A program made the position numbers and the translations under genes. Under the pieces are notes generated by a model. It saw only the letters and a program-made list of their open reading frames with translations. It was not told the origin of the DNA and ran no database searches. A DNA stretch of 64,000 nt from Leucoraja ocellata (Eukaryota). The stretch lies in NCBI GenBank assembly GCA_036785375.1, contig JAWMAR010000030.1:5580001-5644000 (forward strand), read 5' to 3'. Shown here piece by piece: positions 51,938 through 63,769 of this stretch (positions are counted from its first letter, which is position 1; each line of letters opens with the position of its first letter).

Positions 51938-54900
51938 ACTAATCTGGACAGCATTGATTTGTGAGGGGGAGAGGGGGGGGGGGGGGGCGTGGTGGAGGCA
52001 GGTTCTCTTAGAACATTTAAGAAATATCTGACTGAGCATTCAAATGGCCAACTAAAAGGCTCAGGACCACATAGTGGTCAATAGGATTAGTATAGATGAG
52101 ATGAGATAGCCAGCATAGACATGGTGGGCCAAAGGGCCTGTGTCTATTTTTGGTTCTTGGTTTCTTGGTCCTCCAAAATATTCCAAATGGAATTTAAACT
52201 GGAGGTGGTGAAGGGAGGGCTTAAGCCAGAAAGGGTTATTGAGAAGAATATGTTATGTGGCTCACTGGTTCTAAAACAGAGAAACACTTAAAAACTTTCT
52301 CCTCAACTCAAATAATTAATGATAATCAAAAAAAATAGAAACAATTTAGTTCCTTTTGCCCAATTTTGGACACGGATCTCATTGCACAAGCAGATTCTCA
52401 AGGTTTGGTTGGGTAATACTTGTAACTTGTGCTTCGTCACAAAATCTCATGGGGACTGAGTCGCAGAATTCCTGCTGTACAGCTGTTAGCGAGTTTGAGA
52501 AATCTTGAACTTCTTGGCATGTACATGAGCAACCTGTTGCATTTTGCGGCAAAACCCAGTCCGCAGTTGACTGGGTTTGAACTCGCAACCCAATGGAGTC
52601 AGAGACATTTATATAATTGGACGGCCATTCGTCCCATCATTTATATGCCAGCCATAATTGCTATCCAGCATAATTGCTATCCAGGTTTTCATTACATCTG
52701 TGGAGGTTACAATCTTTGCTCTTACTCAATCAAGTATGTTTTAAATGTGATGAAAGTTTCTGCCCCTAACACTATCCACCAGCACTACACACCCGTTATT
52801 TTTTTTGGAGCGAAATGCATTTACTCAGTTCCCCTCCAGACGTTCTGCCTCAAACTTGTAGCTCCTTGAGGGTAACCTGTCTGTTCCGGGAAATAGGCCC
52901 TTTTGATATTCTCTACCGTTATTAGAATATTACACACCAAGTAAGTCTGCCCTCATCCACCAGCTTCAAAGAAAGTATCTGTTGTTCATCAAAGATAATA
53001 TTTTCCAGTCCTGGCAAGCAGGACAAACAGTTGTGAGAATTGTTGATGAGTTGGGTGAAGGTTGTGAGAAAGCTTGTGTTGAACATTAACACTGGCTGGG
53101 AACCGTCTCCGTGCTGAAAGGAATCACTTATAAATTGGATGTTGCAGCTCTCCCAAAGAACGGTGCTCAGTGATGCAATTTTCATTTAACATGGAGTAAA
53201 TCGATTTGTGATCATTTCCAGGTGAGATTGCAGCAAAAACCAAATTGCGGCAATCATGATGTTAGACTGGGTGTTCCTGGTTGAGATCAGCACCAGTGTT
53301 TCTGACCGCCAGTAGCTTCAGATGCGCGGTGAATTACGTCACTGTTCTTCCAAGGCTAACATCAGAGCATCAACATCAACCGAACCAGGAGCACCTGGTG
53401 CTAGTTTGTCACTTTTCTCCCACTTTAAGAGACAATCTGCTGTCATCGGCCACATCAGAATTAACTGCGGGCTACGCAGACACATTCCAAAGTTTGCACA
53501 GAGTGTTTTTAAACTGACTTTGACTCTTAAGTTTCACCATTTAACTGGCTCGTTTCTCATACTATGGGCACCTCAGCAGAACCCTACTGGCATGAGTCAA
53601 GAGTCAAAGTGTTTAATTGTCAGGTACCAAAATGGAACAGTGACATTTTATATACAGCAGGACAACAAGTTTGTAACCACAGTACTCAATAGAGCACAGT
53701 GCTCAATAAATACCATGATAAACATACAAAAAAGTCCAATTAAAAATGTGGTACAAAACAAAACAAAAGTCTGAAATCCCTAGTGCAACCAAAATAATTT
53801 GTAGTTTGAAGTTTAGTTGGTGATTGTGGTAATTGGAGGTTTAGGTTTTCCAAATGTATCATCATAGATATACATGGATTTCTGTAGTAAGATCAATGTA
53901 AATAATCCTGTGCTTGGACTATTCTCTCCTGGAGGTCAAGGTCATGATGACACAGAACTTCCTTGCCACTGGATCTTTCCCAGTAGCCGCAGCAAACCTC
54001 TGTTGCATTTCCCAAAATGCTGCTCAGTGCAGCTCAGGAGAGGTCACCAAGGCTTTGTATTTCATGGATAGATGAGAGCATACATTTTGATATCAGCAAG
54101 GACGAAGGGGCACCTTGCCACTGGGATCTATCAGCAATGCTGGCTTCCAGGAAGTTTAGACAGCCTTGGGCCTATTTGGGTTCCCCTTTATGTGCCAGAG
54201 CTACTTCCTGAGGTCAGGACAGGAATGGTTTCCACTCCTTCAATGTGCAGATAACTGTGCATTGCAAATACCTCCTCATTGTGAATGCCATCTTTTCTGG
54301 AATTTCGCATGATTCCTTCAACCTCTGGGAGTCTGGACACTTTCAGCAACTGATACTCCCCTGAGGGATGCTTCCTGGGGAGGAGTGATTACCCTATACC
54401 CCTGTCTCTTCATACTAGTGATTTCACCCGCCACAGCAGGGGGCACAGATACAACTTGAGCCACCAAAGCACCATAACAACATCATTGGTTTTCTCAAGG
54501 TGAGACATTTTTGTCTGCATCATTCTGGGAGTGCCTGCGGTACATGCCAGCAGATGCAGAGACTTCATTATTACATGCTGCACGATCTGGCACATTATAG
54601 ACGGCAGTTGTTACCAGAATCTGCGCACGTCTTCAATTCAGGCCTCATCGGCATTCCCTTTCTTATTGTTCCACTGTTGGTGGCCGTGGCTTCAACTTTT
54701 CTGGGCCTCAGCTCTGGAATTCCCTCCAACATTTTTGTTCAGTAAATTCAGATATTGATGGTGCTTTGAAGTTTTCATGACAACAAACATCTGCACATCG
54801 AGGTGCATTGAGGATAAATTACGTGTGCTACAAATTCCTAACGTTAGTGATGTTAGCCTCTTATGTAAATAGTTCAGTATTGAACACCGAAAAGATTAAA

Positions 54901-56394
54901 CAGCATGGTTGTGCAGCTGTTAAAGCTGCTGCCTCTCAGCTCCAGGGACCAAGTATGATCCTGACCTTTAGTGCTGTCTGTGTGGAGATTGCAAGATCCC
55001 CCTGAAACTTGGAGCAATTCAGCTCATAAACATGCCCCTTTGCTCACCATATCTGTACCAGCATCAAGCACCCGTTTACACTAATTCTATACCAATCCAA
55101 TTTTATTCTCTGGGAGCTGCAGTCGGCTCGATGGGCTGAATGGCCTCTTTCCATGTCCTGAAAAATATGCAGAAAATACATGAACAAATTTGAGACTCTT
55201 GTTCAGATGTCTATCAATTAACTGCTGAAGGCATGATTCTTATTTGCATATCCCAGCATTATAAATTATGATTAAATTAATTTTATAGATGAGCTAGGGC
55301 CAAATGCAAGATTTTTCTCCATATTTCAGTAAAGAGCCTGGTTAGATTTACTCTGCAGTTGCATTTCCTTAACTCAATAGACCTTGACAACTATGGCCAT
55401 GCTTATATAGGAACTGCTAAGAGTGGACATGTCAATGTGCCAGGAAAGGCAATGTCCTTTTAAAGATGATAGGAAAGTATTTTGTTTCTTTGATGTGTTA
55501 TTTCCTGTTCAAATATACCATAAAGAATTGATTTATTTACAGTATTTTTCACTCTCTCATCAGCTTAAGTCAGGTCCTCAGCAATGTGACAGCATAGTTT
55601 AGCCATCTGTTTTTTTAGTTAGCCATCCAAAGCGGCATGATAAACCATTACTAATGAGGAACAGCTTGTCAATGAGTTACCCCCTCCCATATTTTGCATT
55701 TAACAAATGACAAACAAATAACAGGACAACTGGTCTGCTTTTTCTCAATAGCTTTAAATGAAACAGATTTAAATTGACTTTAGATACTGTGGTGAGACTT
55801 GTTAGCCCATGAGCCAGTCATCTGCTGAAATCATTTGAGAAGTGTTTCTGTTATATAACATTTCAATTAACGAACTTAATTGGAAAAACACTCTGAATCT
55901 TTAATCTTAAGTTAATGTCTCTGTAAAGAACAGGTAGGACTACAACCATATATTATCTTATTAAAGTCAGGATTAAGCCCAATTGCTGTTCAATTAGTTG
56001 GAAATTTGAGAAGTTGTAGTAAACTTTATTTTTTAACAAAGATCGAATTTCACTCATTCATTACGATGAAGATACAATGCTGGAAAAAGCAATGATCAGG
56101 AAACTGTCTTGATTTAATCGTGATGTCACATCGCTGCCAGTCACCAATTTCACATCTAAAACCCTTTCACAATAAAGTCCTACATGCTTCTGTGATGGCT
56201 CAGCTGTTTCTGTCCAGCCAAGCTTGAGGTTTGATTTCGCTCCGTGGCGCTAAGTTAGCCTGAGCTCTGCTGGAGTGATGACAGGATGGGTCAATTGGCT
56301 TTCATGCTCTGGGCAAGGCAGGGGAAGCTAGCCAGCACTTCTATTTCTGATTAGAACTCTACTTGATGTAAGATCAGGTTACAGCCTGGAGAGG

Positions 56395-56935
56395 AAGATG
56401 ACTTGCATTTCAATAGCACCTTTTATCCCAGGGCATTTTACATTGAAGAACTTTTTGTCACTGTTGGAGGAAACAATGATTGCCTACTTAATGTGTAGGA
56501 AGGAACTGCAGATGCTGGTCTAAACCAAAGATAGACACAGAATGTTAGAGTAACTCAGCAAGACAGGCAGCAACTTGATAGAAGAAAATGTCACCCATTC
56601 CTTCCCTCCAGAGATGCTGCCTGTCCAGCTGAGTTAGTCCAACATTTTGTGTATATTGTCTACTATTTAATCACAGCTAGAAGCAGGAGTGTGATAGTTG
56701 CCAAGTAATCCCTTTGGTGAGATTTAATTGATGTTGGACAGGCTGCCAATCCGGACTTTCCTGCTCTTCTTTGAAACAGTACACCTTTAACGTTCTTTCC
56801 TCTCCACCTGAGCAAATGGTTGGAACCCTGTTCAACATTAACAGTTTAGAGTAATTGACATTTTGGTGCTCACTCCTCTGGTGAGAGAATTAAATATGTA
56901 ACCTTCTGACTCAGGCAGATGTGCTCCTCACTGCC
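56395..56935 (-). mobile_element. Deu-domain SINE interrupted by a Penelope fold-back insert (about 56489-56654)
   Basis: cctgctcttctttgaaacagt..ccacctgag Deu core (reverse strand); insert TSD attgcctact / attgtctact. Confidence 0.7.
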
Positions 56936-57615
56936 CATGATGGGCCTTGTCAGATTCTGCTGGGTTGTGTTAGTTTTCTTCCTTCATCACTATTACCTCT
57001 CCCAAATTTATTCAGTAACCGGATCCACACAGAATAGTTTGCCAACCAGACCGTCTAAGTGTGCACATATATGGCCACTGGTTAGAGGGACTGAGTATAG
57101 GCCTAAGAATTCATCTGCCACGCTTCTCTGAAATTAACAGTCTCCCTGATGTTGCTTTGAAATAAACTCTAAAAAGAAGTTTGTGAAATGAATAAGCACC
57201 AGTTCCAAGACAATGCCAACAGGCTCCCTGGTGTAACAGTACTCGTTTTCAGAAACAGCTGGAGGTAGGTGTCATGTTTCTCCCGTTAATAGTACCTTTC
57301 CTCACAGCTCTGACCTCAGGAAGTAGCTCTGGCACTTAAAGGGTCATACCACAATGCAATCCCTTTCATTCAGCGACTGGGTCGTGTTGGCAAGGAACGA
57401 GTGCATGCCACGATTGTGGCTGGGAGGAGGTGGCAGAGTCCTCTCAGAAAACAGAGGGACATGCACAGGCTACAGGAAACGGCTTCCTTGTGCAAAGGGT
57501 GCTTACTGTGCGAAAATGCCAAGGAAGATCTGAAAGGGAGACACAAGGAACTGTAGATGTTTGAAGGACTCCAGCCTAAAATGTCATTTATCCTTGTCCT
57601 GGATCTGCTTAGCTA

Positions 57616-57861
57616 AGGGCCTGTCCCATTTGGGCATAATTTGCGCGTAATTTAAGTGACTACATTGACGCGTCACGACGTACGACGCGCATGTCATGCC
57701 ACGGACATGATGCGTGCATGGTGTGCATTACGTGCGCATGGTGCGTGGTGACGTAGGCAGTGACGAGCGGTCGCATGCAGCGTCCTAGGATTTCGGGATG
57801 TACAAAATCTTCGCTCGCCATCTGCGTGACGCGCAAATAACGCCCACGTGGGACAGGCCTT
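57616..57861. mobile_element. CpG-rich Harbinger/PIF-like MITE inserted in a Penelope terminal repeat
   Basis: TIRs agggcctgtccca / tgggacaggcctt; flanks cta / tta splitting host ag(c/t)TActcca. Confidence 0.85.
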
Positions 57862-58733
57862 TTACTCCATTAGTCCCGCACTGTGTGTTTTATGCTCCAG
57901 ATCTGAAAGGGCACAAGTGTCCTCAATTAGCACCTGCATGTTTGGGGAGTCCGGTATTGCAGCCAAATGCCCCTTTCAAGGGTGAATGGGAAAGTTGCAT
58001 CAGTCCAGGGTCTTGGTTTGCCCACTTTACTGGTAGAGCTTTTCTGTAATACAGCAGCAAGCAGCAAGATGGCCTGTAATTCCCAGCTTGCACGGATACT
58101 GAGGTAAAGTTTCAGAGGGGCCTCGACCCTTACTTTGATTTGAAGAGAAGTTGTGGCACTTGGGTTTGTTTGCCAGACAAGTGGCAAAGAAACATAAGAA
58201 GCACTAATTTCACATCATGATCACAAGCTCCAAGCGATTTGCAGCTTTTTCATTCTCCCTGTTCTCATACCTCCCTTAATAAAAATACTTCATCCAGGAG
58301 CTAAAACTGTGCAAGCTCAGCCTTCAACTCTGCTGCCAGTATGTTGGAGGTTCGAATGCTTCAATTGGCTCTATAGTCGGCCTTTTGTTCTTCCAAAGTT
58401 AAAAATGGACATTGGGGAAGTAACATAAATTTACATTGAACAGGACACTCATAATGAATGCACTGATGGCGTTGACAGCGTTTATCCACAATAGGACTTC
58501 TGCTATGACTTGCTGGGACAACCGCTCGTGTTGGCTTATGGTTTAATTCAAATGAGTTGCTAATGAGGATAATTGTTTAGAAAACCGTACTTGAGAAGAA
58601 AAATGATTACTATTGATTTAAAAGACCAAGTTTGTGCCTGGCTTGAGACCTGATGAATGCAAGTGATCAGAGAGAAAAAAACATGATGGTTTGGATTAAT
58701 TAATTCCCCCAATTGTGTTTTCTTTTAATTTAG

Positions 58734-58769
58734 GGTCAACCAGGAGCAAGAGGGTTCCCAGGATATCCG
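58734..58769 (+). CDS. COL13A1: Collagen exon 36 nt: GQPGARGFPGYP
   Basis: ttttcttttaatttAG|GGTCAA...TATCCG|GTgtgt; human GQPGTRGFPGFP (recalled). Confidence 0.94.
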
Positions 58770-61200
58770 GTGTGTTGCGAGACTTTTGGAAATCCACTTA
58801 TTCAGTAATATTTAACAGTTTGCTGTTGATAACCAAGTTTCTTTGATTTATTTGTACGATTGAATGGATGGACACTCTGAAAGGAATTGATAATGTATTT
58901 AGATCCACCTTGATTTATAAGTTATACATGCTGCCTGTCCTATAGTTGCACGGTTTGATTGATACTTTCACATTACCTTGAGCTTAGCTTGCTCGCCACA
59001 TTAAAGCTGTTCTCATACATTTTGGATTCCATTCCAACATATCCAATTGAGTACCTCTGCTAAAAACTCAGCGGCAAATATCCTTACGTAGCAGTCCTGT
59101 GAAGCCCCTTGGAACTTGAGTGCAAACTTGTCAAAATGATCTGATTGAAATTAATTAAGGAAGGCTCCTAATAATATCAGGGATGAATCAGAGATGCAGG
59201 CAGGAAGCTGCAAGTGACGGCAGCCACATCTCTGCAGTGCGTAAGGTCTCTGGAACGTCTGCCAAGAATGGGGATATGCGAGACCTTTCTGCACAGTAGC
59301 ATATTTCAAAAAAAAACAAATTTATCAGGTTCTGATTAGGTCAAGTACTTTTAGACATAATCGTTTAAATTGTCAAATTGAACTTATTCTAGAAAATGAA
59401 GCAATGTTATTTTCCCATTGTGTTTAGTCAGAGGTAAAGTGTTGTGTTTTCCACTTTTCTCTGAACTGTCCCAATGCACCACATACGATGACTTAATTTG
59501 ATGCACAACCACAATTGTCATATCATCAACGTCTGTGGCCATGAACGCATGGAAAATTAAAATGAGTTGTACAACTATTTTTTTATTTAGTTTTATTGAT
59601 GACCTTATAGGAGGATAGGAAAATCTGTTTTGGCTTTCTTAAACTTAACTTTAATGCTTGAATTGTGTATCTGCATTTTGGACTGACATGTGAAAGCTTT
59701 CTATAAATACCACTAATAATACTTATGTGGATTGCTATGAAGTGCGCAATCTCTTTTTAAACGCAAACTTGCAAATGTGATCCTGGCAATTTGGGTTGAC
59801 AGATATTGATTATTCTAACCTGTCACTGCTACTTATCAAGGTGTGAGGCAAGGATTGCAATTAGTGGGGAGTGATAATATTTTCATAGATCAGTAATAGT
59901 AAGCAAAAGACTAAGACATAATGATATGGATTCTCAGTTAAAATTAAAAGTTGCATCTGAGTTCAATAAAAAAATGAAGGAACTTAAATTATTTTGGAGT
60001 TCTACTGACCCTGAGAGTTTGTAGGCTGGGATGTCACTTATTCCTTCCCAAAGTTCAGGGAAATAACACTCATGCGCTTTTGAATTCTGTGTTAGCAAAG
60101 TGATGAAGAACACTCATCTGACATCAAGTAGTTCTCTCATATCATTTCAGTTCTGTATCATAGAATCCATGATTCTAATCCAATGGAGCATTTTGGCAAT
60201 GTGTTAGGAAGCAATGGGAATGTTGCTATTTTTGCCACGTGTTTGATTAGAAATGTTAAGTGTTGCATACAACACTGCTTTAATCATGAATGATTTGCTG
60301 CGCAGAAGGCAGAGTACAGTTTGTACATCTTCGGCGCTTGGGCTCAAGATAGTAGCGAAACATGAAGCCAGTTGTGGGAATGTACTTTGCTCATGATTCA
60401 GCTGCTCTCTGATCAGCCAGCGTGCATGCATACCTCCAACAAACAGCTACAGAGTGTAAGCAAGGGAATTAGTCGGGAAGTAATGAGGTTTGGAATAGAA
60501 TATCATTCATGGTTTAGGAAAGCTGAGACTGTGACTTCAGCTTTAGTACAAACATATTGCATACATCTTGCTTCATACTTGTATATAATCCATACATTGG
60601 TGAAAGGCCCAGACCTATTCCAAAGTGCTGTGATTATTAATGATGTAGAATTATCCTTGTGAAGTTGAACAGCATTTTAAAATATTTTGCTCCTGTGCTT
60701 TTAATTTACTCACGCCTACAGTAAACTATTAAGTTGCCAGATGTTGAGTGCTGGCGCTTGCACCAAACTGGAAAAATATATTTTAACAGTTAATATTGTC
60801 AGAAATGATTTACCATTTAACATATTCATTTCTTGCCAGCTGTGATGTGTTCAATTTGCCAAGCTGCTTCCGTTTGTCTTTTTTCTTATTTTTTGGTGAA
60901 CATATTGAAACAATAAACTGACCAGGTTTGAGCGTGCTTTACACACTTCACTACCAGCTGATGGGAGCCAGCTAAAATCTGCATCTTAACAAAATGCTGG
61001 TGACTAAACAAGTCTGGAAAAGAGCATCTTCTCTGCTTCTATGTTTGTGTACTAACTCTTCCACTGCTCGATTCAACTAATGGATTCAGAGTCACATTGA
61101 TGCTGAAATGTCTTTGAAAATAATCAAATGCCTTAAATTTTATATTGTGAAACATTTTGATTCTAAATTTGTATTCATCAATGTTTAATTTATTTTGAAG

Positions 61201-61227
61201 GGCCCTATAGGGTTGGATGGTAAATCT
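61201..61227 (+). CDS. COL13A1: Collagen exon 27 nt: GPIGLDGKS
   Basis: tattttgaAG|GGCCCT...AAATCT|GTAAGT; human GPIGLDGKP (recalled). Confidence 0.94.
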
Positions 61228-62669
61228 GTAAGTATTTCATTTTTCTATCTATTGTTATAAGATTATGTAACATCATAAAAAACATTCCGTACCAGCTTTT
61301 GTGCGTGTGCATGTGCCTCATATTTATCCCTTTCCCTGCAACTCCACAACATATTGGATTACTTGGCCACATCAGAAGGTGTTAAGAGAGTGGTGTTGGT
61401 TTTAGACCAAATCAAATCAGGCAATAGCAAAAACAGTCTCCATCATTTTTAATCCTTCTCAGGCTATGTGCAAAGCTAGGATTTGTTGTCCATTGCTATT
61501 TGTCCCTGAGATCACGTGCAGCATCAGTCTGGTTCAATCCATGATCTGTATTGACAGATACATTCATCTCCTGGGTTACTCTGTGAGATTTTATTTAATT
61601 CTGAGAAACTCTTAGACACCCTTAGCGCCAAACCTCATCTGGGCTGCAAATAAATGGCTCCCGTCCCAAGGCTGAATTTCCATGTATAGGTATTGAACTA
61701 GCCAGGCTAACACATTCAAAGGGATGGTTAAATCTTCTGGCCAAATGGATCAGAAGATACTATGAACCCTCCTCAGGACTGAGGTATGGAGTGAGGACAG
61801 GGGGATATATTGCAATGGAAGTCCACAACTAAAGCCAATGATTAATTCAAATTGAAGACATGGTTGGGAACCCCTCCTGGTGAGCCCTGGACTGCTCAGT
61901 GCTTGGCAAGTGATCAGTCTTCAATGTGTTTTTATTATATAATACATTGAGACAAAACATTTCAGAATAATTTGAAACATTGAGAACCACAATGTTAAAT
62001 CTATTGCGCTTTGCCTTCTTGTTCAATATCGCTTGCTGGTGGCATTTGATATCTGGCGATCTGGCTGGAGCCCATTTCCAAGCTTTAATGTGCTCACAAT
62101 ATGCTGTTGTTTTGATCTCAGTAGTACTGCAATATATTATCCACAACTACCCATTGTGTGAACATCTAACCTTTCAAGTTTGATACACAAATTGGTGGGA
62201 TTGGAATTTCAAACATACATTGATATGAAGAAAAATCAGGCTAGCAGCTGATCTAACATCTTTGAACTTGGCTTTGGTTGTGAACTTTCATTTAAAGTTG
62301 AAATCCTCAGTCAATTCATTGCACTTAGAAACATTTGGCTACATTAGCTAAATGGGCAATTCTGCCTTTTCACGTTTTAATCAAAGGAATACTGTTCTTA
62401 CAGACGTTTTTATTAAAGTGATTGTTGAATTGATGAATGAAGCGTTTGATTATGTGCTCATGGTATATCATAGTAGAAGGCTCAAAGCAGTAAATGTCTG
62501 AGTAAAACAAAGTAGCACATATGTGGACATGGGCTTGGGACATTCATTCCTTGTATATTTTTCATCTGATTTCATAAGTTGGGGGGCGGGAATTGGAAAA
62601 TAAAAATAAATTTGCAATATTGTTTTTGTCCGTGTTCTGTTGTTTAATATATTATTTCTGCTTTTTCAG

Positions 62670-62696
62670 GGAAAAGCTGGATCTAAAGGTGACATG
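62670..62696 (+). CDS. COL13A1: Collagen exon 27 nt: GKAGSKGDM
   Basis: ctgctttttcAG|GGAAAA...GACATG|GTATGT; human GHPGPKGDM (recalled). Confidence 0.93.
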
Positions 62697-62939
62697 GTAT
62701 GTATAACAAAAATCAAAGTAGCTTTCCTTTAAGAAGGTGCATGCAAAATGTTATCCATGTTCATTGAGCGTTGGACCAACAAAGGCAGCTTAAGTTATCT
62801 GTGTAGGAAGGAACTGCAGATGCTGGTGTACACCGAAGATAGACAAAAAATGTTGGAGTAACTCAACGGAACAGGCAGCATTTCTGAAGAGAAGGAATGG
62901 GTGACCTTTCGGGTCAAGACCCTTCTTCAACTTTTAGAG

Positions 62940-63110
62940 TCAAAGAGTCATTGAGTGATAGAGTGTGGAAACAGGCCCTTTGGACCAAAATTGTCCCTCA
63001 TCCTCCTGTGCTCCAATGAATAGAGTCCCAGCCTCCTCAACCTCTCCCTATAGCCCAGACCCTCTGGCCCTGGCAGCATCCTTGTAAATCCTCTCTGTAC
63101 CCTTTCCAGC
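62940..63110 (-). mobile_element. CR1 fragments
   Basis: gtggaaacaggccctt tail and ctcaacctctccctatagc; another CR1 tail at about 63870-64000. Confidence 0.75.
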
Positions 63111-63742
63111 TAATTGAATTGAATTTGAATTGAATCCTTTATTTGGTGGACTCTGTTAGGATTGTTTGATGTGCATTGTACACCCACTGCTGTTGAAGAA
63201 AACATATGCATACAAGTTGATACATGAATATTTGAGTGCATGTGTAAACAATTAGATAATATGGGTTACATTTTGCTAACTGACATTTGTGATCTGGCTT
63301 CAAGTGTTGGAGACACAAATCAAAACTTAAGCCCCATAGGCAGTATGCAGTATGCAGCCACGGAACCTTTAGTTGCAGATCCAAAGTACAAACCAAAATC
63401 TCATAGATTTATTTCCTAGCAAGTTGAATTTTATCAGCAGCATGAATTACTAATGCTTACCACTATCTGGCGAAATTGTGAAATAACTATTATCAGATAT
63501 TTTTGGATATTATTTCCAACTTCTCTGAAGTTTCTGAAATGGGAGTCTGTGTCTAGCAATTTTTTACATGTAAATCTTTACATTCAGCATTTCCTACCAT
63601 GTGACGTGATTATAAATACCTCTGCAGAATTTCATCACTTCTGCACTTTTGTTCAAGATTCGAAAAGCACCCTCTCATATTTTACAGGGAGTAAATTTTA
63701 CGATCCACATTCAAGTTCTAACTTAATTTTATTTTTTCGCAG

Positions 63743-63769
63743 GGCTCACCTGGTCCAAAAGGTGAAAAG
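63743..63769 (+). CDS. COL13A1: Collagen exon 27 nt: GSPGPKGEK
   Basis: attttttcgcAG|GGCTCA...GAAAAG|GTGAGC; Gly-X-Y, phase 0-0. Confidence 0.92.

Noticed and set aside
52429-53774. 146-aa and 150-aa ORFs and an orphan CAG|GTGAGA donor at 53221
   Set aside because: No domain motifs; one ORF runs into a Rex1-like UTR; no matching acceptor identified.
6273-62935. Recurrent conserved repeat as a CRISPR-like array
   Set aside because: Dispersed, in both orientations, with TSDs and no regular spacers; eukaryotic retroelement origin.
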